From positions 246,418-278,417 of the forward strand of contig JBBISB010000001.1 of the NCBI GenBank assembly GCA_037441475.1: a stretch of 32,000 bases of DNA. The letters run 5' to 3'. Position numbers and translations under genes: made by a program. Shown here one piece after another: positions 9,437 through 18,298 of this stretch (position 1 is its first letter; each line of letters starts with the position of its first letter). The DNA is from Candidatus Iainarchaeum sp. (GTDB lineage: Archaea > Iainarchaeota > Iainarchaeia > Iainarchaeales > CSSED10-239). The notes beneath the pieces were generated by a model. It ran no database searches. It was not told where the DNA came from and saw only the letters and a list, made by a program, of their open reading frames with translations.

Positions 9437-9511
9437 TGGGAATGGCAGGATTCGAACCTGCGACCTTTGGTGTATAAGACCAATGCTCTAACCAGGCTAA
9501 GCTACACTCCC
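9437..9511 (-). tRNA. tRNA-Ile(UAU)
   Basis: GGGAGTG TA GCTTAGCCTGGTTAGAGC A TTGGT CTTATAC ACCAA AGGTC GCAGG TTCGAAT CCTGC CATTCCC A. Complete cloverleaf, anticodon loop C-T-TAT-A-C, discriminator A. Confidence 0.93.
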
Positions 9512-9536
9512 AAATTGTTTTTTAAAAAAAGATAAT

Positions 9537-9881
9537 CTATTCTACAACATCTTTAGACATTTGATTCTCTGTATTAACAATAATGTCCTCTAAAACTTCC
9601 TTAAACTCTCCAAATCTTCCAAGATTCAAGCGTAAAGATTTTTTAAACTCAGAAGAATATAAGTTTTCAAACAAATAAACCTTTCCTTCATAAAGAGAAT
9701 CAATGGATGCATCCCATAAAGTTAGATAAACAGTTCCAGTATCATCTCCTATTAAAACCTCACAAACCCTATGTTCAATTTCATCAAGTCTTGAGACAAC
9801 TTTTCTTAAAGGAGTTTTTAAAATAACCTTACATGTCAGAGTTATTTTTTTTTGAAACTGTCTTATATCTTTAACCTTCAT
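9537..9881 (-). CDS. OB-fold single-stranded nucleic-acid binding protein (RPA/SSB-like)
   Basis: VKDIRQFQKKITLTCKVI...EVLIGDDTGTVYLTLWDASIDSLYEGKVYLFENLYSSEF...LRLNLGRFGEF matches the archaeal RPA/SSB OB-fold pattern. Confidence 0.75.
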   Translation of the reverse strand: MKVKDIRQFQKKITLTCKVILKTPLRKVVSRLDEIEHRVCEVLIGDDTGTVYLTLWDASIDSLYEGKVYLFENLYSSEFKKSLRLNLGRFGEFKEVLEDIIVNTENQMSKDVVE

Positions 9882-9987
9882 ATCTTTTTCAAAATTTTTA
9901 ATTTATAACTTTTTAAAATTTACAAGTTATAAATATTTATTAAATGTAAGTGTTTATATATTTTTCTTTTTTAAAGAAATCTAACCA

Positions 9988-11610
9988 CTACATAAAGTTA
10001 CCAGGCATACCTGGCATACCTGCTCCTTTATTCTTTGAAGATGCTGCAATAATGTCATCTATCCTTAAAATCATTTCAACAACCTCAAAAGAAGAGTTAA
10101 TGATTTGTGTCTTAAGGTTAAGTGGTTCAATAACATTTAAGTCCTTCATATCAGATATCTTGCTTTTAATAACATCTACACCAAAGTTCTTGTTATTGAT
10201 ATCTTGGTGTATGCTTCTTAAAGAAACAAGGGTATCAATTGCATCAAGACCTGAACTTTCAGCTAAGATCTTAGGAATAATCTCTAAGACGTCTGCAAAA
10301 GATTCAATTGCAAGTTGTTCTCTTCCACCAATTGTTTTTGCATAACTTTTAAGTCTTAAGGAAACTTCAATCTCACAAGCTCCTCCACCAGCAACATACT
10401 TTCCTGACTTTAAAGAGGAAAGGACAGCACCTATTGCATCAGTAATTGTTCTTTCAGTCTCTGATAAGACTTGCTCTGATGAACCTCTTAAAAGAATAGT
10501 TACTGTGCCTGTGTTTTTAGGATTTTCAATAAATAACATATTCTCTCCAGCTATTCTTTTTTCATAAACTTTACCAAAGAAACCTAAATCAGTTTCAAAA
10601 AAATCATTTATTCTTGTAATTATTTTTGCTCCAGATGCTTTTGCTAAAATCTCAATATCAGATTGTTTTACTCTCTTTATAGCAGAAATACCTGCTTTAG
10701 ATAAATAATGTTCAGCCAAGTCATCTATTCCTTTTTGACAGAAAACAATGTTTGCTTTTGAAAGTTTTATTTTTTCAACCATTTTCTTTAACTGTTCTTC
10801 CTCTTGTTCAATGAATGCTTGTAATTGATCTGGAGAGGTTATCTGTATCTTAGTGTCATTTTCAGGTTCTCTAATCTCTAAAGCTGTATTTAAGATAGCA
10901 ATTTTACAGTTCTCTAAGGACTTTGGCATTTCAGGATGAACAATCTCTTTATCAAGAACAATACCATCTATTATTTTTGTTTCAGAAACAGATGCACCTA
11001 GTTTTTTTTCAATTCTGATTTTATCTCTTTGAGCGTCTTTATAGTTTTTTTCATTTAAAACCATTAAGATAGCTTCAACAACTGCTTTTGATAAAAAGGT
11101 ACAATAATCTGAGGCCTTTCCTGTCATTGATGTTTTTGCAATACTTAAAAGAAGATCTTTATCTTTTAAAGAAATATCTTCTGATATCTCTTCATAAAAG
11201 GAGATTGCTTTTTCAGAGGCCATTTTATATCCTCTTATAATGATTGAAGGATGTATGTTTTCATTAAGTAAGTTTTCAGCTTTTGAAACAAGTTCACCTG
11301 CTATTATTACACTTGAAGTGGTACCATCTCCTACCTCATCATCCTGTGTTTTTGCAAGTTCAACAAACATCTTACCGATAGGGTGTTCTATTGACATTTC
11401 CTTTAAGATAGTTGCTCCATCATTACTTATTGTTACATCTCCCATCTCATCAACAAGCATTTTATCCATTCCTCTAGGACCTAATGTTGATTTAATTGAG
11501 TTAGCTACTGCTTTTGCAACAAGTATGTTGATTTTTTGAGCATCTTTACCTCTCTCTCTTCTTGTTCCTTCGCTAAACATTGCGTTATTTTGTGTTTGAG
11601 AATCTGCCAT
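9988..11610 (-). CDS. Thermosome (group II chaperonin) subunit
   Basis: [80 protein letters not shown]; [13 protein letters not shown]; C-terminal [10 protein letters not shown]. Confidence 0.98.
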   Translation of the reverse strand: MADSQTQNNAMFSEGTRRERGKDAQKINILVAKAVANSIKSTLGPRGMDKMLVDEMGDVTISNDGATILKEMSIEHPIGKMFVELAKTQDDEVGDGTTSSVIIAGELVSKAENLLNENIHPSIIIRGYKMASEKAISFYEEISEDISLKDKDLLLSIAKTSMTGKASDYCTFLSKAVVEAILMVLNEKNYKDAQRDKIRIEKKLGASVSETKIIDGIVLDKEIVHPEMPKSLENCKIAILNTALEIREPENDTKIQITSPDQLQAFIEQEEEQLKKMVEKIKLSKANIVFCQKGIDDLAEHYLSKAGISAIKRVKQSDIEILAKASGAKIITRINDFFETDLGFFGKVYEKRIAGENMLFIENPKNTGTVTILLRGSSEQVLSETERTITDAIGAVLSSLKSGKYVAGGGACEIEVSLRLKSYAKTIGGREQLAIESFADVLEIIPKILAESSGLDAIDTLVSLRSIHQDINNKNFGVDVIKSKISDMKDLNVIEPLNLKTQIINSSFEVVEMILRIDDIIAASSKNKGAGMPGMPGNFM

Positions 11611-11711
11611 AAATATCACCTTCGTTTATAGGTTTTTTTTTAAATATAAAAAAACTAAAAAATAAAAAAAAACTATTAGTTATTTTTAAAAATAACTAAC
11701 AGATATTAAAA

Positions 11712-12122
11712 TTACTCGTGAAATTTTCTTTCAACATCGTTTACTAAAACATCACAATCTGCTTTGATTTTTTCTAAAGCCTTTATGATTCTTATTTTTT
11801 CAAGCTCAATTGTTTGTATATTTTCAAAAGTCTCTATTGATTGTTTAAACATACCATAATCAACATAGCTGTAATCAAACTCATTCATTTTTTTACAGAT
11901 AGTTGTAACTATTCTTCCTAAAAAAAGATTCATTTCTTTTTTAACAACAGACTTGATTTGTTTATTAGGATCAAGACTCTCTCTCATAAGTCTTACAACT
12001 CTTGCATTAGGGAAAGGTAATTTTTCATCATCTTCTAAGATTTCTTCTTCATCTAATATTACTGCTTCTTTATTTTCAAGAACTTCTTCTTGTTTTGCAT
12101 GTTTTTTTTCAATATCGCTCAT
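11712..12122 (-). CDS. Histone-fold-like protein with long acidic N-terminal extension
   Basis: LPFPNARVVRLMRESLDPNKQIKSVVKKEMNLFLGRIVTTICKKM resembles an archaeal histone fold (PxxxVxRLMRE...). It is preceded by VLENKEAVILDEEEILEDDEK. Confidence 0.55.
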   Translation of the reverse strand: MSDIEKKHAKQEEVLENKEAVILDEEEILEDDEKLPFPNARVVRLMRESLDPNKQIKSVVKKEMNLFLGRIVTTICKKMNEFDYSYVDYGMFKQSIETFENIQTIELEKIRIIKALEKIKADCDVLVNDVERKFHE

Positions 12123-12301
12123 ATATTCTAAACCCCTTTAAAATTATGTAATTATTACTATATATTATATATTACAAAGTATTTAAATAGATTATTATTA
12201 GGGGAAAAACACCTTTAAAATAGCTTATAAAAAAGAGAGATTTATTAAGAAAAAAAGTATTGTTTAAAAAGTAAAAATAAGAAGAAAAAAGAGGGAAAGA
12301 C

Positions 12302-12475
12302 TTAATAGTCAGAATCACTATCGTCTGAATCGTCATCCCATTCATCATCAATTGATACTTCTTCATCTTGAGAATCTAATTGATCTTGTTTTTTCTTTTT
12401 AGGATCTTCGTCATAATCAAACTCTGAAAAATCATAGTCTGAATCGCATTTTAAAACATCTTGTATATTATTCAT
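12302..12475 (-). CDS. Small highly acidic protein (57 aa), below the length cutoff of the ORF track
   Basis: ATG...TAA translation MNNIQDVLKCDSDYDFSEFDYDEDPKKKKQDQLDSQDEEVSIDDEWDDDSDDSDSDY. The D/E-rich composition is hard to explain by chance in an AT-rich intergenic region. Confidence 0.55.
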   Translation of the reverse strand: MNNIQDVLKCDSDYDFSEFDYDEDPKKKKQDQLDSQDEEVSIDDEWDDDSDDSDSDY

Positions 12476-12515
12476 AAATTAATCACCCTAAATTATAGAA
12501 AATAGATAATACCAG

Positions 12516-12590
12516 TGGGAATGGCAGGATTCGAACCTGCGACCTCTCGATTATCAGTCGAGTGCTCCAACCAGACTAAGCTACACTCCC
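12516..12590 (-). tRNA. tRNA-Ile(GAU)
   Basis: GGGAGTG TA GCTTAGTCTGGTTGGAGC A CTCGA CTGATAA TCGAG AGGTC GCAGG TTCGAAT CCTGC CATTCCC A; anticodon GAT. Confidence 0.95.
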
Positions 12591-12730
12591 TTTATATATT
12601 ATTTATTAAAGAATAGTATATAAAAATATTTCTATTGTTAAATATTTAACTTGATAAAGAAATAAAAACCCTTCTTTTTTATAATTACATATAAAGTAAG
12701 AAGAAAATTTGTTTTTATTTTTTAAAAAAA

Positions 12731-12803
12731 AGTCCGATAGTGTAGTGGCCAAGCATACAAGGCTTTGAACCTTGTGACAGGAGTTCGAATCTCCTTCGGA
12801 CTA
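12731..12803 (+). tRNA. tRNA-Gln(UUG)
   Basis: AGTCCGA TA GTGTAGTGGCCAAGCAT A CAAGG CTTTGAA CCTTG TGACA GGAGT TCGAATC TCCT TCGGACT A; paired acceptor, anticodon TTG. Confidence 0.95.
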
Positions 12804-12844
12804 TTTTATTTTTTAAAATCATAAAGAAAAGATGTGACTTAAAA

Positions 12845-13042
12845 ATGGTTTTTGGATTATTTAAAAAGAAAGAAAAAAAAGAAGAGGTTCAAGATAAAAG
12901 AATAGACTTCTCTAATTCTAAGTATCCAGAAGAAACCTGCGCCCTATGTAGCCAGAAAGGCTGTGATAAAAAATGGGGTGGACAATACTGGCATAAGAAA
13001 TGTCTTAGGTCAACTAAAGGTATGACAAAAGGAATGATTTAA
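12845..13042 (+). CDS. Small zinc-finger-like protein (65 aa)
   Basis: ETCALCSQKGCDKKWGGQYWHKKCL contains a CxxCxxxxC...HxxC arrangement after a basic N-terminus MVFGLFKKKEKKEE. Confidence 0.6.
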   Translation: MVFGLFKKKEKKEEVQDKRIDFSNSKYPEETCALCSQKGCDKKWGGQYWHKKCLRSTKGMTKGMI

Positions 13043-13092
13043 AAATTTCTTTTAATAAAAAAAAATAAGAGAAAAAGAAAAAAATCTTTTCT

Positions 13093-13581
13093 TTATCTAC
13101 TAAACAAATATCTTCTGATCTTGTCTTTAATGATGTTGATGTTATTTAAGTAAACATTTAAAGAAGTTTCAAGTCTGGATGCCTCAAGATTAAACTCTTT
13201 TGCACGTCCAGCTATTAAGTATTCTTCATCTTTTTGTTTTTCAATAACTTCAAGCTCTTTTCTAACAGCAATATATCTCTTAAGAGTCATACTATAATAA
13301 CTATAATTATCTATCATGTCACTATATAACTTTCTTGTAACATCATCCTTATAGATTTGTTTACCTTCAAACATAAATTTACCTTGCTGTCTTGTGCTTG
13401 AATTTTTACCTGAAAAAATATCTGTAATAACAACATAGTGTTGCTCAAGCCAGTCAATAGATTTTGATCTATAGTTTTTTTGTTCAATTTGATTTACTTT
13501 AGGTCTCTTTAATTCAGAGATTACTGACTCATCAATTTCTACAACTTCTGTAACTTTTGTTCTTTTAAATAGTTTAAACAT
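13093..13581 (-). CDS. Hypothetical charged, helical protein
   Basis: Clean 162-aa ORF on an otherwise empty stretch. No family recognised. Confidence 0.55.
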   Translation of the reverse strand: MFKLFKRTKVTEVVEIDESVISELKRPKVNQIEQKNYRSKSIDWLEQHYVVITDIFSGKNSSTRQQGKFMFEGKQIYKDDVTRKLYSDMIDNYSYYSMTLKRYIAVRKELEVIEKQKDEEYLIAGRAKEFNLEASRLETSLNVYLNNINIIKDKIRRYLFSR

Positions 13582-13698
13582 CTCCCATCACCAAATACCC
13601 TTAAATAAAAATTTTATATATATAATGTATAAATATATTTAAAAACCAATTGCTACATATAAACTTTCTTAAAACAAAAAAATAGGCTAAAAAATGAA

Positions 13699-14211
13699 CT
13701 AAAGGTTGAACTTTGTTTTAAGTTTATGCTTCTGTATTAACTCTTTTAGATTCTCTGTAACTTCTTTAGGAGAGATTGAAACTACCTCAAAATTACAAAG
13801 TCTTGGCCATCCAACATCCCCTTTATACCTTGGAAGCACGTGAAAATGAAGGTGATTTATGCTCTCACCAGCAACATTACCTATGTTACATCCTATATTA
13901 TAACCTTCTGGTTTAATATAAAGGTCTAAAGCATAGACTGCAAGATCAATAAGGTTAAAAAATTCCTCTCTTTCCTTAGAGGTAAGCTCTATAATCTGGT
14001 TTACATGCCTTTTAGGAATTACAAGTAACTGCCCTGCTGCATAAGGATATTTATTAGTCTGAATATATGCTTTTTTTGTTGAAAAAATAACATCTTCTTT
14101 TTCTACATTACAAAAAACACATGTTTTTGGGTTATTACTATTCTTTTTATTTTCTGAAGAAAAATATTCCTTTCTCCAAGGTGCATATAAAATATCATGT
14201 TTGTAAGACAT
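13699..14211 (-). CDS. HIT-family hydrolase (Ap4A phosphorylase/hydrolase-like)
   Basis: CVFCNVEKEDVIFSTKKAYIQTNKYPYAAGQLLVIPKRHV...NVAGESINHLHFHVLPRYKGD carries the HxHxHx-type motif. Confidence 0.93.
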   Translation of the reverse strand: MSYKHDILYAPWRKEYFSSENKKNSNNPKTCVFCNVEKEDVIFSTKKAYIQTNKYPYAAGQLLVIPKRHVNQIIELTSKEREEFFNLIDLAVYALDLYIKPEGYNIGCNIGNVAGESINHLHFHVLPRYKGDVGWPRLCNFEVVSISPKEVTENLKELIQKHKLKTKFNL

Positions 14212-14903
14212 TAATATCTACTCTTTAATTTTTCAAAAATATAGAAAAGTATGAAAGTAAATAACATTAATAAGAAATACTTTGTAAAAGTTAAAAATAT
14301 TAAATAAAGAACATACATACCGCTTGAGATACCATGCAAAAGATAATAACTCTTCATAAAGGCAAAGTAATTAATGGATAAAAGTAAGCTTTCAAGAAAA
14401 AATAAAGACAAAGAAAGATTAATTACAGACTTAAAGAAATTATTTAAAGAAACACTTATTCTTGAGGCCTCGTATGCAAATAAGAAATACACAAACAAGA
14501 AAACAATAATGAATAAGAAATTATACCAAAAATAATAACTTGTAAAATTAGAATAATAGACAACTAAAGCAGGAGCTATAGAAAAGACTGCAAGCTTTAT
14601 TAAGAAATTACAAAAAATTACAAAAACTAATATTGAAAATAGAAATAAAAGATAATCAAAATAACTATTAAAAGTAAGCTTCTCCTCAATCCTTTTTTTA
14701 AAAGTTTGTTTTGAGAGATTTTGTTGTAAGGAAACTTCTTTACTTAAAGATGTTTTTACAGGAAGTTTGTTTACAGAAGTTTTTTTTAGAGGAAGTTCTT
14801 TTTTTACAGGAAGAGTTTTTTTAAAAGAAGTTTTCTTTAAAGGAATTTCTTTTTTAAAAACAACTTTCTTTTTTGTAATAGGTTTCTTTTTAATAGCATC
14901 CAT
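14211..14903 (-). CDS. Uncharacterised polytopic membrane protein with Lys-rich repetitive N-terminal tail
   Basis: N-terminal KKPITKKKVVFKKEIPLKKTSFKKTLPVKKELPLKKTSVNKLPVKTSLSKEV is followed by several hydrophobic segments. Confidence 0.6.
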   Translation of the reverse strand: MDAIKKKPITKKKVVFKKEIPLKKTSFKKTLPVKKELPLKKTSVNKLPVKTSLSKEVSLQQNLSKQTFKKRIEEKLTFNSYFDYLLFLFSILVFVIFCNFLIKLAVFSIAPALVVYYSNFTSYYFWYNFLFIIVFLFVYFLFAYEASRISVSLNNFFKSVINLSLSLFFLESLLLSINYFAFMKSYYLLHGISSGMYVLYLIFLTFTKYFLLMLFTFILFYIFEKLKSRY

Positions 14904-14934
14904 ATATTCTCAATAATATATTAAACTGTTTTAT

Positions 14935-16866
14935 TTAAATAGATTTGTTTTTTTCTAAAAAATAATTTAACTGCTCTTTAAGGGAAAGAGAGATTACTTT
15001 TCCATCATATTTATTTTCTGTCTTTGCCATTACCCTACCCATTATAAGGCCTACAGCTCTCTCTCTTTGTTTTAAGACAGCATCTTTATTTTCTAAAATA
15101 ACCTCATTTATTATTTTCTTTAAGTCATCTAAAGAAACCTCTTCCTTTTTATTTTCTAAGATTATCTTAGAAAGCAAAAGTGGTTCTTTTACATACTCTA
15201 TGAAAATATCTAAAAGCTTATTTATAGATATTTTTTCAAATAAATCCTTAAAAGAAAAGAAGTTATACAAAAGAGAATCTGTGACATCATCTAAATCTAT
15301 TCTATCATCTCTTGAGGCCTTTATTAAATCTTCAAGTAAAAAGACAGCCAAGGTGGTTGGGTTAATTTTATGCTCGTTTACAATCTTTTCAAAAATAGGA
15401 GCATAGTTACTTAATACCATTTTTTCTGAAAGCTGAGAGCTTATCTTAAAAGTATCTAAATATAGTTTTCTTCTCTTTTCAATAGTTAAAGGAATTTCTT
15501 GTTTAGCTAAAGAAATAACATCCTCTGTAAGGGGTATAGGAGAAAGATCAGTCTCAGGATACATTCTTGAGGAAGTGGAAAGTGGTCTTTGATACTCTGT
15601 GTTACCTTCAGGAGTAGAAGCTCTTGTTTCTTTTAAAACTCCTAAGAATAATTTATTAAGCCTATCTTCAATAACACTTCTCACAGACTCAATCTCTGCT
15701 TCTGAAGAAAAGACTATTATGAAAGAGTCTTCTTCTTTTAAAGAAAAATTACTCTTGATTAAAGAAATCTCTTTATCTGTTATACCGTAGTTAGGGAGCT
15801 CATCTAAATGGAATAAACCCTTTAAAGAGGTCCTTACCTTTAAAACACTTGCAATCTCAGTTCCAAGTCTTCTGTTTGGTTGAATCTCTCTTCCTAAAAA
15901 ACCTTTAAAAGAAGGAAGTATGAAAAGATAAGCATGCTTTTTTTCTTTAAAAGCATTGTTTACAACCTTTGAGTATGTTTCTTTAAATAAAGAATCAACT
16001 TGGTTTGTGCTTAAAGAAAAATGTGTAATATTCTTTTCTAAAAGTTTGTTTTTAATATCAATTAAGTTAAGTTGACGAACAATTTCTCTATTTATAATTT
16101 CAGGAATTAAATCTAACTCCTGACAACCCTTAATCTCAACTCTTGCACCCTCTCTTATAGAGATGTTAATGTCTTGCCTTATAGATCCAAGTCCTCTTTT
16201 TGTTTTACCAGTAGACCTAAACAACTGTCCAAGAAACAAAGCAACTTTTTTAACATCCTCAGGAGTATGCATGTCATGCCATGCAACAAGCTCAATTAAT
16301 GGAAAACCTAATCTATCTAAAGAATAAATAACCTCATCCTCTTTTCTCTCTAAAGCCCTTGCAGCATCCTCCTCTAAAAGAATCTTGTCTATCCTCACTC
16401 TTCCAAAATCAAAATCTAAATAACCATCAGTTGAGATCATGGTAGTTCTCTGGAAACCAGAAACATTAGAACCATCTACAACCTGTTTTCTCATAATGTG
16501 AGAGGTATTAACAACAGTTGAGTTGGTTAGAAAAGAAATTACTAAAGCTATTCTTAGAGCCTCTTGGTTGATGTTAAAAGGAGGTTGAGAATCTGATTCT
16601 ACTAAACAATTACAGGAGTTATAAAAATAATATTTAAAAAGTTTATTTTTATTTTGTTCTTCCTTAGCTGTTAAATCAATAGAACCTGTTTCTGAAGATA
16701 CTGCTCTTAATCTTCTTTCAATTATTTTATCAGGCTTTGTTTCATCCTTAATAAGTTTTGAAGGACAGTTACAAAATAACTTGTTTGTGTTTAACTGTTG
16801 ATGAAGCTCAAGACCACACATAAGCCCAAGAGATTTATAATCAAGGTTATTAATATCAATTTTCAT
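14935..16866 (-). CDS. gatE: Glutamyl-tRNA(Gln) amidotransferase subunit E
   Basis: GLMCGLELHQQLNTNKLFCNCPSKL; KHVVDGSNVSGFQRT-type motif (RKQVVDGSNVSGFQRTTMISTDG); GLGSIRQDINISI; TPEGNTEYQRPLSTSSRMYPETDLSPI. Confidence 0.97.
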   Translation of the reverse strand: MKIDINNLDYKSLGLMCGLELHQQLNTNKLFCNCPSKLIKDETKPDKIIERRLRAVSSETGSIDLTAKEEQNKNKLFKYYFYNSCNCLVESDSQPPFNINQEALRIALVISFLTNSTVVNTSHIMRKQVVDGSNVSGFQRTTMISTDGYLDFDFGRVRIDKILLEEDAARALERKEDEVIYSLDRLGFPLIELVAWHDMHTPEDVKKVALFLGQLFRSTGKTKRGLGSIRQDINISIREGARVEIKGCQELDLIPEIINREIVRQLNLIDIKNKLLEKNITHFSLSTNQVDSLFKETYSKVVNNAFKEKKHAYLFILPSFKGFLGREIQPNRRLGTEIASVLKVRTSLKGLFHLDELPNYGITDKEISLIKSNFSLKEEDSFIIVFSSEAEIESVRSVIEDRLNKLFLGVLKETRASTPEGNTEYQRPLSTSSRMYPETDLSPIPLTEDVISLAKQEIPLTIEKRRKLYLDTFKISSQLSEKMVLSNYAPIFEKIVNEHKINPTTLAVFLLEDLIKASRDDRIDLDDVTDSLLYNFFSFKDLFEKISINKLLDIFIEYVKEPLLLSKIILENKKEEVSLDDLKKIINEVILENKDAVLKQRERAVGLIMGRVMAKTENKYDGKVISLSLKEQLNYFLEKNKSI

Positions 16867-16886
16867 ACATTACCATTTATATAATT

Positions 16887-18230
16887 TTAAAAAACTAAAT
16901 CATAAGAAGAAGGAACTTCTTTTGGTGAAATTTCTCCAGCTATGTTTCTTTTAAGATACTCAATAATATCTTTCTTTTGTTTAAATCTTTTTAAAGCAAC
17001 ACCTAACTTTATTTGCATAACTTCAGGTAAAGCATCATGCCCGTCTAAATATTCAACCCCTGCATTTGAGAGATATCTTAAATTAGCATAAACCTTTCCA
17101 TTAACTCTTCCAAACAAACATTGAGAGGTCATGATAACAATTATTCCTTTTTCAATTGCTTTTTTTAAAAATGGAATAAACTGATATTCTTCAGGAAGTC
17201 TTTCTTTGTTTTCCTCACCAGTAGGAACATGCCCTAAACCAGTTCCCTCTAAGATTATTCCTTTATAGCTTTTCTGTATATACCATTCAACTATTAAAGG
17301 ATCTATGTTTGGATGCACCTTTATTAAAGCAACCTTCTCTTCATACTCTTTATAAAGAACAGGTTTTTCATTTAAGAGTGTTTGTGGTTTTTTAAAAAGA
17401 TATTCAACATCTCCTTTAGAAAAAACTTTGCATAAGAAATTATCATTAACAGCTTTAAAGGCATCTCTTCTAGAGGTGTGCATTTTTCTTGACTTAACAG
17501 CTTTAATCACTGTACAAAAATCATCATTTATTGAACCGTGCATAACAGTAAAGACACCAGGAACTTTTTCTTTAATAAAGCTTGCTGCACATATAAGGTT
17601 TAAAGAACCATCAAAGCTTGCTCTATCAGGAGATTTCTGTGCCCCAACTAAAAGAACTGGTTTGTTTATATTTTCAATCATGAAGGAAAGAGCAGAACCT
17701 GTAAAGCTTAAGGTGTCTGTTCCATGTGTTATTATTATACCATCAACTTCTTTATCATTAAGGTGTGTGAAAACAATTTCAGCTAATTTTTGCCAATCTT
17801 TGTAATAGATGTCTTCAGATGCCTTTATGTAAGGAGACTCTATTTTTGTGATGTTAACTATATTTTCAAGCTCAGGAGTGGTTGAGATTATCTCCTCAGG
17901 GGTTCTACACATTGTAACACCACCAGTAACATAATCAACATGTGTACCTATTGTTCCACCTGTGCCTATATACACAATATTTGGAAGAGCTTTATTTGCT
18001 TTTAGAGGTTTTGAGGGTATTTTTCCTAAACTTACCTTTTCTTCACATATTATTAATTCTTTTATTTCTTTTTTAAAAACACTTATATTATAACCATTAT
18101 CTAAAAGTTTTAATTTTAAAGAATCAGGAGATATTTCAACAAGGTATCCTTTATAGAGAATACTTTTGTTTCCATCTACTCTTGTAATTTCAAGAACCTT
18201 ACCAATATCATTTATTGTTACATCATTCAT
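16887..18230 (-). CDS. gatD: Glutamyl-tRNA(Gln) amidotransferase subunit D (asparaginase-like)
   Basis: NIVYIGTGGTIGTHVDY, DGIIITHGTDTLSFTGSALSFM, VLVGAQKSPDRASFDG, EGTGLGHVP. Adjacent to gatE. Confidence 0.97.
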   Translation of the reverse strand: MNDVTINDIGKVLEITRVDGNKSILYKGYLVEISPDSLKLKLLDNGYNISVFKKEIKELIICEEKVSLGKIPSKPLKANKALPNIVYIGTGGTIGTHVDYVTGGVTMCRTPEEIISTTPELENIVNITKIESPYIKASEDIYYKDWQKLAEIVFTHLNDKEVDGIIITHGTDTLSFTGSALSFMIENINKPVLLVGAQKSPDRASFDGSLNLICAASFIKEKVPGVFTVMHGSINDDFCTVIKAVKSRKMHTSRRDAFKAVNDNFLCKVFSKGDVEYLFKKPQTLLNEKPVLYKEYEEKVALIKVHPNIDPLIVEWYIQKSYKGIILEGTGLGHVPTGEENKERLPEEYQFIPFLKKAIEKGIIVIMTSQCLFGRVNGKVYANLRYLSNAGVEYLDGHDALPEVMQIKLGVALKRFKQKKDIIEYLKRNIAGEISPKEVPSSYDLVF

Positions 18231-18298
18231 TAATAATCACATATATATTATACAAACAAAAGAAATATAAGCCTTGTTTTAATATTAAAAAGGTATTT

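Noticed and set aside
9950-12141. Plus-strand ORFs 9950..10345, 11240..11539, 11953..12141
   Set aside because: Antisense to the thermosome and histone-fold genes, no recognisable domain. Explained by codon composition.
12172-12366. 64-aa ORF between the histone-fold gene and the acidic micro-ORF
   Set aside because: Hydrophobic low-complexity translation that overlaps the more convincing acidic ORF in another frame.
15200-17805. Plus-strand ORFs 15200..15406, 15599..15790, 17428..17805
   Set aside because: Antisense to gatE/gatD. The Ser/Leu-rich translations are typical of shadow frames.
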